NCBI RefSeq assembly: GCF_000281045.1
Contig: NW_008246100.1
Span: 46,711-110,710 of the forward strand
Reading direction: 5' to 3'
Source: Saprolegnia diclina VS20
Taxonomy: Eukaryota
Length of the DNA: 64,000 nucleotides
The notes beneath the pieces are model-generated. The model saw nothing but the letters and a program-made list of their open reading frames with translations, had not been told where the DNA came from and searched no databases. Within the stretch, counting starts at the first letter, position 1. Each line of letters opens with the position of its first letter. A program made the translations under genes and the position numbers. This document shows positions 37,825-51,342 of this stretch, in pieces.

Positions 37825-38342
37825 NNNNNNNNNNNNNNNNNNNNNNNNNNNNNNNNNNNNNNNNNNNNNNNNNNNNNNNNNNNNNNNNNNNNNNNNNNNN
37901 NNNNNNNNNNNNNNNNNNNNNNNNNNNNNNNNNNNNNNNNNNNNNNNNNNNNNNNNNNNNNNNNNNNNNNNNNNNNNNNNNNNNNNNNNNNNNNNNNNNN
38001 NNNNNNNNNNNNNNNNNNNNNNNNNNNNNNNNNNNNNNNNNNNNNNNNNNNNNNNNNNNNNNNNNNNNNNNNNNNNNNNNNNNNNNNNNNNNNNNNNNNN
38101 NNNNNNNNNNNNNNNNNNNNNNNNNNNNNNNNNNNNNNNNNNNNNNNNNNNNNNNNNNNNNNNNNNNNNNNNNNNNNNNNNNNNNNNNNNNNNNNNNNNN
38201 NNNNNNNNNNNNNNNNNNNNNNNNNNNNNNNNNNNNNNNNNNNNNNNNNNNNNNNNNNNNNNNNNNNNNNNNNNNNNNNNNNNNNNNNNNNNNNNNNNNN
38301 NNNNNNNNNNNNNNNNNNNNNNNNNNNNNNNNNNNNNNNNNN
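37825..38342. other. Assembly gap (N run)
   Basis: Run of n characters. Confidence 0.99.
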
Positions 38343-38501
38343 CACCGCTGGAGAGCAAGACTGAATAGTCCTGCAACTAGATCATGATGCGGCGACGTCC
38401 TCTCGGGGCAATCATGTCGGGTGACCAGCAACATGTATCCCATGCGTTTCGCGCCATTTTTAACCCGTAAAAGAGTAACGAGTGTCGTTGGTTCCGGCGC
38501 C

Positions 38502-40246
38502 ATGGCAAGCCAGAGCGTCGACCGCCTCCGCGACGAGATCGAAGCTGTCAAGCATGAAGCCGCGCTATGGATCATCACAACGTCGCCCGATCTCTCGACG
38601 CCCAAGCTCGCGATCGCCAACGGCGTGCACCTCGTCGTGCAGATCCGCGACGGCCCCGACATTTCGCTGCCGACGCCGGTGCTCAAGCTCGACTTTGTCT
38701 TCACCGCGCACTATGGGGCACTCCCACCGATCGTCAAGTGCCCTGGCACATGGCCGCACGCGATGGTGCATTCCAAATCGCGGGTCGTCATTATGAACCT
38801 CCTCCAGCGCACAGAGAAGGGGTGGAGCAAGTCGTATACGATCGGGACCGTCCTTCACGCCTTCCGAATGACGCTACGCCCCACGAATGCGCCGTGGGAC
38901 CTCCGGTCCCCGCTGCTGCACCGCCTCGAGGAGAAGCATCGGATTCAAGCGGCCGAGATGACGGTCGCCCACTGCGAGAGCGGCGTCGCGTGCGAAATGG
39001 GTACACGCTCGGTCATGGAAGACATGTACGTGCTCGTCGACTCGTTCGTGAACGGCGGCGACTCGCTCCTGGGCCTACACCCGGCACTGTACTGCGTCGC
39101 GGACGGCCACGCCGGCATAACGTGCGCGCGCTTCCTCGTCGACAATGTGCAGGCGACGCTCGGTGCTGAGCTTTCCAAGGACAAGACGGTCCGGTAGGTA
39201 ACCTGTCGTTGGTATTGTGATGCGATTTTGTGCAGAGAGGCTCTGTACGCTACGTGCCTCAGTCTCGACCACCGGTTTGAAGAGGCGTATGCACCCTACG
39301 ACGACACGTAATCTGCATTCTCTCGGCGATCGGCTCGCAAAATGTCTGTTCAGGTCGGGGAGCACGCTCATCGGACTATTTTACGACGGTCTGGACAAGA
39401 TGTACTGCGTCAACGTTGGCGACTCGCGGTAAGAGCGCACACATGGACGAGACATGTCCATACTAGTGATTGACTAGAGCGCTCCTGTTGCGCGGCGACT
39501 GCGTGGTTCAAATTTCGCGCGACCACCGGTGCTCGGACGTTGAAGAAAAGGCGTACATCACCGACCGCGGTACCGTTGTGTTTCAAACCTTCAGAAAAGT
39601 ATCAATGTTTCTAGGTGGCTTTATTCAAAACGACCGGACGTTTGGACAGCTCACGGTCACGCGGGCCTTTGGCGATGCTGACATCAAGCGCGCGTTTGGC
39701 TCGTCGCTCGCCGCGTGGCCCGAGATCTCCGAGTGGTCCATCTCGCCGGACGGCGACGATGTCTTTGTCGTCGCTTGCGACGGACTCTACTCGGTCATGG
39801 ACAACAACGACGTCGCCAACTTTATTTGGGCCGGGCTCAAGGCGCTGAAGCCGCTGAAGCTCATTGCAAGAGAGCTCGCCAACCACTGCGTCACGGCGTG
39901 CGGCGGCGAAGACAACACGTCTGTTGTGCTCATTCGCGTCTCCTTGGACGGGTCGCTTTCGCCGACCAAGTCGACTTCTCGCTTCGCAAGCAACAAAGCT
40001 GCCGCAACGATTGAAGATGAGAACGCGGCACTCGTCGACACGCTTCTGAGCTCGTTGGACCTCGAGACCGAGCCGTCGACGACGACACCGCCAATCATAG
40101 TGGAAAGCACCATTCATCGGCCACCGGTACACAAGAGTACAAAAGTACCGTTCGTAAAGCTCGAGTCAGCGCGCGCGATCGAAAACGAAGAAGACCTGAT
40201 GCAGTATCTCATGGACGATATGAACTTCAACGACGCGCCCGAGTAA
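38502..40246 (+). CDS. Fusion of an N-terminal UBC/E2-like (UEV) domain and a PP2C/PPM protein phosphatase
   Basis: N-term RLRDEI...F...Y...PP.V...WPHAMV...LL...GWSKSYTIGTVL resembles the E2 fold; PP2C motifs MED, ADGHAG, SGST, NVGDSRA, SRDH, TRAFGD, ACDGL, EDN all present; four short introns. Confidence 0.85.
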
Positions 40247-40459
40247 GAACTCTATGGACCTCTAAATCGTAGAGTTTAATGTGGCAAATACTATATCGGA
40301 GAGTGAGAGTTGATGAACCGTGATGCAAATGGATCAGCTATACATTATACAGCAGATGCATCTTCTAAGTTCATTCATACATTTTACGAACAGACTCAAA
40401 ATTTGCATCGCGATTGCATTTTAAGATCGAAACCGCCGAGCGCGAAAGGCGGCAGCACC

Positions 40460-43400
40460 ATGCAGAGCCAGAGCGCGCTACTCTACACCCTCTTTTGGCT
40501 AGCGTGGTTGACGCAAGCTCAGCTATTGCCGCCCGTGCTGCCGCTGACGACCACGTCCCTCATGGCGAGTCCGTCCATGGTGTCTGTTGTCGAAGTTGCG
40601 CAGCTGTTGGAGTCACCGCCGCCTGGCTACAAGCTGGAAGCGTCAATGATTTGTCCTCACAGCCTCCTCCAAGGCGTCCAAGTCATTGCAATGACATCCG
40701 TGGCAAGTGTCAACCTCACCACCAATAACTCGGTTGACATCGGGGACCTCTCCGCTCTCGTTGGCGCCTTCTCGGCACCCTTTCAAATAGCGCTGGTATG
40801 GAGGGATACGTGGACGACATCACTGCCCATAAGCTTCAACTGTACCGTGCAAAGCTCGTTCGTACTTGGTAGCGTGCGAGCGACGTCAACAGCGACAGTG
40901 TTGGTGCTAGCAACGCTGGCGCCGAGCCTCCTCCGACTACCGCAAGCGGTGTGGAACGTCGAGCAAGGCGACGCGCCCCTTCAAATACCTCTCGCCGTCG
41001 CGACGCTGTCATCGCCATTTTGGCTGCAGCTCACGGGGCCGCTCAACTGGATCGCTCAGCTCGTGTGGCAAGACAACATCTCTGCCACGTCGGTACTTGT
41101 GCCTTTGGTGAGCCAGCGAACGTGCGCGGTTTTGCTGGCCCCGAACGGCAGCCTCAATGGGTCGCTTCTCGTGACACCAACCGCCACAGCTCTGGGGACG
41201 CTTCCTCTCTTGCTGCGGCTCACTGCGTACAGCACCGCCTGCCTTAGTGCCACAACGATCAGTACGTGCTTGGCGCTGCCGAGCCTTTACGATACAAGTG
41301 CCTATGCAGTATCGATCCATCGCCATGTACGCCTCGTCACGCCCGTTCTCACCAGCAACATGTCGTTTGTTGAAGCCACGGCAGGAGTCCCGACGGCCGT
41401 CGCGATTTCTGTCTCAAACTTTTCGACGGCGCAAGATGTGTCGTTAACGATGTCGCTGCCGACAGGCATCTCGAGCTCGGGTGCGACGGGCGTCGTGCGT
41501 CAAATGCTTGTTCGGCAGAGTGTCCTCTGGAACTACGGTATCACGTGGACGTTTGATGGTGTACTCGCCACCGCCACCGTCGTGCTAACGCTGCAGGCCG
41601 ATGCCAGTTTCAGCGGGATTGCAGAGGTAGCGATTCATTCACAGCTGCGTGGCGTCCTCAAGCCTCTTTGCTAGGTGCCGATCGCTGTTTCAAGCTATGT
41701 GGCATCGTCGGGTCGCGCCAGTGTCGCGACGACGTCCGTGATGCTTTTGGTCTACGGCCGGACATTCTTCTCCCCACCGTGGCCCATGCCAGAGTCCGTG
41801 ACCACATCTGGCAACGGTTCCCGCTTCGTGTCGGTGGCCATCCCACCTGCAGCGTCTGTTGCGCTCTGGGATCTCTCACATATGCAGTCGATCGAAATGG
41901 TGCGAGTATGAGAGTGACGAGCTACGAAAGAACTTATCGGCGTAGGTTGTTGCCAACGGTGTCGTCCTGCGCCCCGTGCTGCTGCCGACAACCGCGTCGA
42001 TCGTGGGATTTACCATCCCCAGTGGCACCACGTCGGTCTTGCTCTGGCCGCGCGTGAATTTCACCGGCTACGACACGCTCTTTTGGGCGTTCTACAACGA
42101 TGTCAACAGCTTGCACTCGCTCTCGCGTTCGCGGCTCTTTGTCTCGCTGCAACTGATGCCTCCGACCCTTGACGCAAGTATCGCCGTCGTCGACCGCGCG
42201 CTCCACGTGACGCTGCAGAGCGCTGGGACGCAGGATGCGGATGTGTCATTTTTAGCTCGGCTTGTCATACCGACAGTTGTGCCCGTCGTTGCGTGCAACG
42301 GGGTCTCGGTGGTCGCCGACACCGACTACCAAACATGTTTGTTTTTGAACCCAGTACCCGGTGCGACGCTGACGGTGATCATCGACGCGTCGTACGTCGG
42401 TATCTTTGGCCTTGCCGTCATGCTCACGACAACGAACGGTGTTCAAGTCTCGCCACCGGTGCAGCAACTGTTCAACGTGTCCATTCTGTTGCCGACGCCG
42501 CCAACCGCCACGCAATGGACCGCGACAACCGACGTATCGGTAGCGCTGCAGACGCCTGTGCTCAATATCAACAACACGGAAGCGTCCTCAGTGGAACTAC
42601 AGCCCACTGACCCAGCCGTTGACGTCATCTACCAAGTGGTCGTATCGCAATCATTTGTCACGCCACCGCTAGGCAGTGAGGTGAATACGCTTGCGCCGGT
42701 GGCTCTCCAGTGGACTCGCTACGCCTACGGCACAACAACTCTGCAGCTGACATCGACCACCGTCGTCGTCTTGTGGAGCCATGCGGTCGCGGGCCAAATC
42801 GTGTCGAGCTCAGTGCACGTCCGGTCGCTCAACGTGTCGGTGTTACCTACCGCGCAAACACCGGTGCTGGCGGTTGTCGTCCCGCACAACGACTCGGTGT
42901 GGGGACCCTGGGCTCTCTACTCAAGCGACCCGCTCACATTTACCATCGCCGTCTCAGTGGTCGATCCGACGACCACCGTTGTTTTAACATGGTCCTGCTC
43001 GGCCTGCGACCGCGTCGACTTGAACTCGACTATGGCACCCACCATCGCGTTTCCGAGCAGCTCGAATGCACTTGTGCTGAACGTCGCTGCCTTTCTAAGC
43101 CCAAATGCCGTCGGTGCGAGCAACTTGACGGTGATAGCCACGGCCAACTGCTCGGGTGTCGCATTTATACAAGAACTGCCCGTCACGTTTACGGTCTACC
43201 CCGTCGCTTCGCCGCCCGTACTACGCCTACAGACCCCTACAAGGGCCATTCTTGAGGGCGCCGCACTTGTACTACCCATGACTGTGCAAAACCACTCGAT
43301 GATCGAGGTTGTTTCGGTTGCCTGCTCGATAATCCCTGCGGCAGCAAGTGCATCTGGTCCTCCAAAGTGGGACCTGACGTCGTCGACGCTGTCGGTGCAG

Positions 43401-46400
43401 CTCGTGCCGATCGGGAGCGGCGTCGTTGCTATCTCGTGCGTCGCCGTCGCCCAGATTGCAGCCTATAGTTATCCCCGCAGCATTGCCAACGCCAGCATCA
43501 GCACCTCGTTTCCTGTTCTTCCAGTGGCCCACGCGCCTCTTCTCACCGCAGCGCCGACGCAGTACACGCTCACGAGTCGCTTCATGCAGTTGCCGATTCT
43601 TTCGTCGAGCCTCGCGACCGCGCGGTCGCCAACCATCGACATTTGGCGCTTCCAGCTGCACGGCCAAGCCAGTATGTTTCAAGTCTGCTGCAACAGCTCG
43701 AACCTCAACATCGTGGCGTCGGCGACGAGCAACGGCATCGACACCTTTGACGTGCGGCCGAACGCGCCGTTGTACGTGGCAACGATCGGTGCCAACGACG
43801 GCGGATCGTTTTCGCTTCGGCTCAGCAGCACTAATGTCGTTCCGACGTCCAATACATCCGCGACAACATCGGTCCTTGTCCAAGCCAACTTTGTCGGCAA
43901 CAACCTCACCGTGTCCCCGATCGCTAGCAGCGAGGGCGATGTCGTGATGCTGACGCTGTCACTCTTTACACGCCCGCAGGCAACGCTTGGGATCTACGTG
44001 GTCTGCAACGACACGTCCCAGGTGGCGCCGCCGTCGGCCCAAGCCATGAGCCCCAGCACATATACGCCGACAGTTGTCTACGCGATGCGGACGGCGCGCG
44101 ATTTCGTCGACCGACCGACCGTGTACGTCCGCTGTCGCGTGCAGCTGTCAACGTCGGACCCGTGGTATGCCTACGTGCCGATGCCGTCCGTGGTCTTTAC
44201 CATTGGTAATATTGATCGGTCGGCTCTGGTTCTTGTGGGCCCGACGCTCGGTGGCCGGCTCCAACTGGCCGTCGGCGTGGGTGGCGCCGGCGACGTCTTT
44301 ACCGTCGCGCTGGCCACCATGCCGTCGGGACCGGTGGTTGTCTCGTTCAGCTCGAGCGGGCTCGTGACGACGCCGACGACAGCCGTCTTCAGCAGTACCA
44401 ACTGGAACTCGCCGCAGACCATCGTCGTTTCGGCGCCCGCCGGCCTTGCGCTGTCGACCAACCCGTTTCTCGCGTACGTCTCACCTTGTATGAAAGGCTC
44501 TAATGCTAAGGGCATGCGCTTGTTTAGGACACTCCAGGTGCAAAGCGCATCGTCGATGGATGTCAAGTACGCTGCGTTGACGCCGTCAAGCGTGGCAGTG
44601 ACCATCGTGGACGCACCCGACATGACGCCGCCACCGCGTCTCCTCTCGGCCATGTTTGCCGACTCGGGCGCGTCGTTGATCGTGACATTCTCACGGGCCG
44701 TCGATCTCTCGGGCTTTTCAGCGTCATCATTTGTCTGCGACCGCGTCTTTGAGACTGCGAGGTTTGGTCTCGGGCCCGTGTGCACCTGGACCACGACGAG
44801 TACAGTCGTGATAGGCCTCGGCCTCGGCGCCACTGTAGTTCCATTAGCACCCTGCACCGTTCTCGCCGGGCTCAAGTCGACGTCGACATCGACGCTGAGC
44901 ATGGCGTCCATGACCGTGTCCGTGCAACCCCCGTTGAATGCGCCCGTACCTGTCGTGTCGATTGCAGGCGCGACCTCGCTCGGCGCCTGCGACGATCTGG
45001 TGCTGGACGCCACTGCAACTTCGGGATCGGGCGGGCGACCAATGGCGTGGCGATGGGCTTGTGTCGTCGAGCTGACGCAGCAGCCGTGCAACGGCTCGCT
45101 TGCGCAAATCAGTGCGTCGACGCAGGCGATTCGGGTGCCAGCGACCGAGCTCATCGTGGGCGTTGGCTACCGCATTCACCTCAATTGCACCAACTACTTC
45201 GGGCTCTCGGGGGCGTCCACGCTACTCGTGACCAAGTCGACGAGTGCGCTGCCCTCCGTGTACATGGACGGGCCGAGCGCGGTGCGTGTGGCCTACTCAA
45301 ACCCAATTGTCTTGTCGGGCGTCGCGGTGGCCCCAACGTGCAATTCGAGTAGCTCGGATTCTGCAGCGCTGCAGTTGTCGTGGACGATTCGTGAAGCCGC
45401 AGCGCCGACGTCGACGAGTCGTAACCCGCGCCAGGTCATTTGGCCGGCGCGCAGCTTGCCACCTGGGACTTACACCGTGTCCTTTCAAGCAGCGACCTCC
45501 AGTGGCGGTACCAATACGGCGATCGTAGCGCTTGAAATTGTTCGCTCGGGCCTCGTCGCAACCATCGTCGGCGGCTCCAGTCGCACAGTCGGGGCCGGCG
45601 TCGACCTGGTCCTGAACGGATCGTTGTCGCATGATCCCGATGCAGTTGGCTCGAATCCGCCGTTGACGTTCTTCTGGAACTGCACGAATCCCTCAACCGG
45701 CGCGTTACTGGCCTTGCTCAACGGCACGACACCGGTGGTCCCCAAGAGTTTTTTGGCAGTCGGCACGACGCTTTTCGTGACGCTCACCGTGTCGGACGCC
45801 AACACGAACCGACAAGAGTCGACGTCGACGACCATTACTGTCGTTGCGGGGACGCCACCGATGGTGGAGATTGCTCCGCTCAACCAAGCCAACTTGAATG
45901 CAAACTTCAAGATCCTCTTGCAAGGCAATGTGCGCAACAGCGTTGATCCGGCGCCCATCGGTGCATGGTCGGTGGCCAACGACGCCAGCGGGCAACTTGC
46001 GACGGCCTTTTTTGCCGTACCCAGCGTACATCGATTCTATGGAAAGCGAGGTCCAACGAGCGTGACATTAGACGTCGTGGACGATGGTGCTGCGGCCAGG
46101 CGCGCTAGAGCCGCAGAAAACATACACGTTCCTCTTTACCGGCGCCGATTCGCTCGGGCAAACTGCGACCGCGTCGATGTCATTCACGACCAATGCGCTA
46201 CCAACCAGCGGCTCGGTTCGCCGACGCCATGCCGTCTTTAGCTGAGGTTCATATTGCATAGGTGGCGGTGACGCCGACGTCGGGCGTTGCGCTCACCACG
46301 GTGTTCACGCTGACCAGTCGCAACTGGGTCGGCGTCGCCTTGCCCCTTCGCTTTGCCTTCAAGTACATTCGCGGTCTCCCTACTGACGTACGATGTCGTT

Positions 46401-49400
46401 TGTGAGTCAGGTTATCACATTGTGGTAGACGGGCGCGGTTGAAGTTCCTCTCTGCGAGTACTCACTGACGACGTCATGGATCACGACTTTGCCGGCGGGT
46501 GTCAACGGGTCGGTGACGATCGTCGGGTACGTTGTCGATGTATTTGGCGCTGTCGCCAAAGAGTATGCAACGATCCAAGTGGCCGCGCTCCCCACTGCAT
46601 CGACGGTCGTTCTTTCACAAGCCACGTCCCTGGAAGCAAAAGCTTTGCACGACGATCCCAGCGCGGTGTTGAGCACCGCGACGCAGCTCGCTGCCGCGCT
46701 GCCCTCGGCAGTTGTCGACCCCAACGCTGTCTGCTCGACGACGGGCCAAGCAGTATGCTCGGGTCACGGTTCGTGCGCTCTGGATCCTCCCGCGTGCCAT
46801 GCGACCGACGCCAACTGCGTCGCATCTTGCGTCTGTACCGCCAACTGGTATCATACGGTCTTGCGCCACATCGTTCGCGACTTGTCGATAGGTTTGCCCA
46901 CGACTGCAGTGCATCGGCAGAGACGTTGCAGGCCCAGCAAGCCGCGCTCGGCTCCCTGCTCAACGCGGTGGCGACCGCGGCCTTGTCCATCAACCCCACC
47001 GTCGAAAGCCTCGAGCAGCAAAGTGCCGCGCTCTACAGCATCGCCGCCAACGCCGACCTTCTCTCGTCAAGCCAGGCAGCGCAGACCTTTGGTTTGTTGC
47101 TAGACGTGCTGGCACCGTCTTCCATGACGCTCTTGTCGTCGACAGCGCTTACCACGCTTGGCGGCACAATCTCTAGCCTTCTCGAGCTCTCTGGAGCGAC
47201 AATATTCACGGACAGCGCCTCGACCGTCGTTGATATGCTGGCGACAGCGCTCCTCGTCTCGGCTGTGCCTGGCGAGGCGCCGGCAACACTCGTGACTCCC
47301 AATTTGCGTCTCGCCGTGCGACGCGTACATCCGGCGTTGGCAGCGGCAGGAAGCACCTTGAGCGTGCCGCAAATGACTTCCCAAATCGCTCAACAAGCGG
47401 CTACGACAAGTCTCACCTTGCCCGCGGGGCTTCCGTTGGCATCGACTTGCACGCTAGCCATTGACACCCACATGAAGCTCTTCCGACGCAACCTGTACGC
47501 ATCGAGTGACAACGCATCCCTCACATCCGGTGTTCTTGGCATCGATATGTACTGCGACTATGCGACAACACCGGCTTCGGTCGCCAACCTCTCACGCCCG
47601 ATGCAGATTCGCATGGCCAAGCTGCAGCCGCAGGTTGCGTACGCTCTCGCCGATCAATCTTAGAGCACTGGAATAGGTTCCATCGGTCGTTCCTTCTCGA
47701 GTGTCGGCGTCGTACAACTGTGTCGTTGGCAGCAACGAGACGATCGTCACGCCGTGCGCCGAGCCCACGATATTGGCCTGCAACGGATCGGCCAACTATA
47801 CGATTCAGTACACCTGTCCTCGTCGTCGCCACGTGCCGAGCTGTCAGTATTGGAATGCCTCGGTAACTCAACGCTTCTACACAATTGGGCGGTTCCAACG
47901 GTGGTCGTAGGCGCGGGCGTGGGCCTCCGACGGTTGTGTTGTCGTTGCCGACGACACGGACGCCATCACTTGCAACTGCACGCACCTCACGGACTTTGGC
48001 ACCCAGATTGTTGAAGCCTTTGACGCGGTCCAGCTCCAAGTTGTCGAGACGCTCAGTGTGCGCATTACGCCCGAGCTCATCGAGGCCAACGCTGCGGTTC
48101 CCATCACCCTCGGCGTCTTTTGCGGCCTGTACCTTCTCAGTTTGCACTTGTCGCTGCAGTGGGATGCCCACGACGCACTGGTGTTTGCCAAAGAGCAGCG
48201 GCGCCGGCGCGACGACGCCCAGCACCTCTACGTGCCCCCGAAATTGTACGAACCACCGGAGTTCGTGGTCGCACCGACCCGCCGCGCGCGACTCCGCGCA
48301 TTTTGCAAGAGCGTTTGGGCAGGTCTCAAGGACAACCACAAGGTGCTAGAGATGTTCTTCCACTACGACCCGCACTACACGAGGTCAGTTCTTCCCTTTT
48401 GGCAAACAGAAGAAAGCACGATGAACTGTACGTAGACCCCAGCGCGTCATGGTGCTCTTCACAGCGGCCATGAGTGAGCTGCTCATGAATGCGATCCTGT
48501 ACAAGCTGCGCGCGCTCACGCCAAACGCGGGCACGACTGTGGTCAGTGGCACCGTCTCGTCCATCTGCATGCTTCCCGTGACGATCGCGGTACATTGTCG
48601 TGTGGCTAGTAGAGGTATTCACTAGCTGCTAGTTCATCTTGCTGTTTAAAAAGTCGGGTGCGCGCGACCAGTACGTGCTGCGCCTCCAGCTCGAAGACGA
48701 CACGACGATCGTTGAAGTTCAAGTCGACGCCTACGGGAACCCCGTCGACGAGTCGCAATACTGCATCCGCAAGCGCGACCACCAAGGTACTAACAACTAC
48801 ACATTCCTTTTGGGTCGCAACTCGGTTTTATATTGTCTTTTTCACAGAGCTCGCTGCGAATATACCGTCCCGCGACTTACAAATCGCGCTGTCGCATCTG
48901 CGACGCGTCGGTGTTCTCGAGGCCAACGGCATGCCAACGCTCGCCGGCCATGTGTCGATGGCCGTGCATTCTCTCGTCTCCAACCGCGCGGACTCGGATG
49001 CTAGCGACGTTGTCGACGCCGGTGCAGCGCACGTTGCTCGGGTCATGCAGGACGCCCGGCGGTCGGCCAAAGTCGCCGTACAAGCGTCGACCGAGGACGA
49101 GGTGCCGGTGGTCGAGGTGGTTTCTGACGCGGCGCTGCCCATGCTCTTGGCCATGTGGGGGCAAAAGACACTGCACGCGCAGCTAACCAATGTCGAGCCC
49201 GCGGCCCTGTCTGAAGCGACGCTTCGCGCCGCCTCGCAACATTTGGAGGCAGCGGTAGCGCACATTGCTTCGCTGCCGGTGAAATCGCTCGGTCCGATTC
49301 CGGCAGACGAGGTGCGGGTCGCGCGGAGCCTTGTCGCATGGGCGCGCACGGTGCTCGCGAGCGCCGACGCGTACATTGAAGACGCGCAGGCCATGGTCCA

Positions 49401-50940
49401 GCGTATGGCGACTGCGGTCGAGAACGCCAAGCTCGAGCTCCTCGAAGCGCGCGCGCTTCTAACGCACCGCATTTCGTTCCGACGCCGGCTTGTGTTGCAC
49501 CGCCGCTCGCGACGCTACTCGATCGACAAAGTGGCGCGCGTCCAGCGGGCAACGGCGATGCTCCAGTCGGTCGTGAAGCGCTTCAAGCAGAGCCGGGCGT
49601 ACGCAGCGCACATCGAGCGCGAGGAGCGTCAGCGCATTGCGGCGCAAGAGCGAGAGATCGTACAGCACCTCCACGGACTAGCTCGGTACCGCAAGCGACT
49701 GCAGCTGTACCTCGAGGCGACCGAGGCCCGGCGACTGGCCGCGCTTCCTTTGCACGAGCGGCAGCGCTACGAGGCCGAGCAAGCCAAGGTGCGGTCGCTC
49801 TCAGCGCCAGCGCGCGCGCTCTACAACACCATTTTGCGCCAAGAGGCGAGCCGCATCGAGGCGCCCGTTTTCCCGCCGTGGGTACACTATATTCTGTATG
49901 GCATGTGCGCCGGGGTCGCAGCGTTTGCTATTTACTTTGTGCTGCTTTTCTCGCTCCTCATTGGCGCCAACGTTGCGCTACACTGGGTCGGGTCGGTCGT
50001 CGCCGGCTTGGTGCTCACGCACCTCGTGACCGAGCCCATCGGCATCCTTCTGCGCGTGGGCGTCTTGCCGCTGCTCGCCACCGTGCTTCTCAACAGCACA
50101 GGCATCTTCGAGATGCTCGGGGCCGAGACCGTGTCGTGGGGCGCGGCCGCCGCGGTCGGTGTCGCCGGCGTCACACGACTCACGCGCAAAGGTGCGCTTG
50201 TGCAGCCCGTCGACACGTCCAGCTTGGTCGTCTCGCCGATCCGCCCTGGCAAGGTCACGGCCCACGCGCTCCAGATGGTTCACGAACAACGGCGAAACGA
50301 CGGCGCCGCCGACCCGTCGCCTGCCGAGTTGGCGGCCGAGATCGAGGCGGCCAGCGCAACTGCGTACAAGGCGCGCTGGACCGCGCATGTCTCTGGCGAT
50401 GCAGAACCACCGGTCGCGATGCCACTTGTAGAGCCGCTGAGGCCCCGGTCGGGACCGCCGGTCGTGCACGTGCCCGCCGCGGGTGGCGACACGGCGCTCT
50501 TTCCGGCGCAGATCCTCGTGTCGCCGGATCTACCCCTCGTGGCGCCCAGCGTAAGTGACGACAGCGTGCTCTGTCGCCTGGGGTGCGGCGCCAGAGTGCG
50601 CAGAATAAAGCTAGAGAGCCACGAGACGCACTTGTGCCCCGAACGACCGCTGGTCTGCCCGAGCTGCAACGTGTCCATAGCCGCGGCGGTGCTTGCTTCC
50701 CACGAATGCCGGTCGACGCCCAAGCGACGAGGGCGACTGCCACCGCTCTCGCCAACCCTCTTGCCACCACTGAACGACCATACCTTGCCCCCGCACCAAC
50801 GCCATGACGACCTGCAACACCAAGCCCAGAACGGCCATGGAGCCGATCATGGCGTTCTCAGCATCGCTCGACAGACGTTGGCCGAGCGTCGCGACGTCAC
50901 GGAAAAGATCGAGCGCATCTTGCACGACACCGCATGCTAG
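40460..50940 (+). CDS. Very large polycystin-1-like membrane protein (Ig/PKD-like repeats, REJ module, EGF-like, GPS, several TMs, coiled coil, TRAF-type Zn finger)
   Basis: Signal peptide; long S/T/V beta-rich ectodomain; REJ-type LVLNGSLSHDPD, PPTSG..AVTPTSGVALTTVFTL, PLRFAF; EGF CSGHGSC; GPS CQYW...WASDGC...CNCTHLTDFG; TM helices; C-terminal CRLGC...HETHLCPERPLVCPSC. Confidence 0.82.
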
Positions 50941-51342
50941 TAAGCGGCGTGTCGTCAGCAGCACGTGCTGCCACCTTGCCAGCTCACGCTCCAGGTATGG
51001 TCCGCCAGCCATCGCAGCCGCCGTTGCCAGCGCATGCAGCCGCGCTCGCCTTGCCTCGCCAGCAGGGCTATCGCTGCGGGTCGACCATGCGCCATGCTCG
51101 GGGAGGTCGTCATCTTGCCTTGCAGGATCCAAGCTGCATGGTCCAGGGCAACGGTGAGCTTTTTCTGAAATCTCCGTTTATAAAAATATGCAACGTACAA
51201 TAATAATAATAAAAGGATCCAACAGTCACTTGATAATTGTATCAAGCGACATTAAATGCGCCACGAGCGGAAATAAAACCACCACTCGGCCACACTATCG
51301 CGCAGAGCAACCAGTCCGGAATTGAGCGACGAGGAGACGGAC

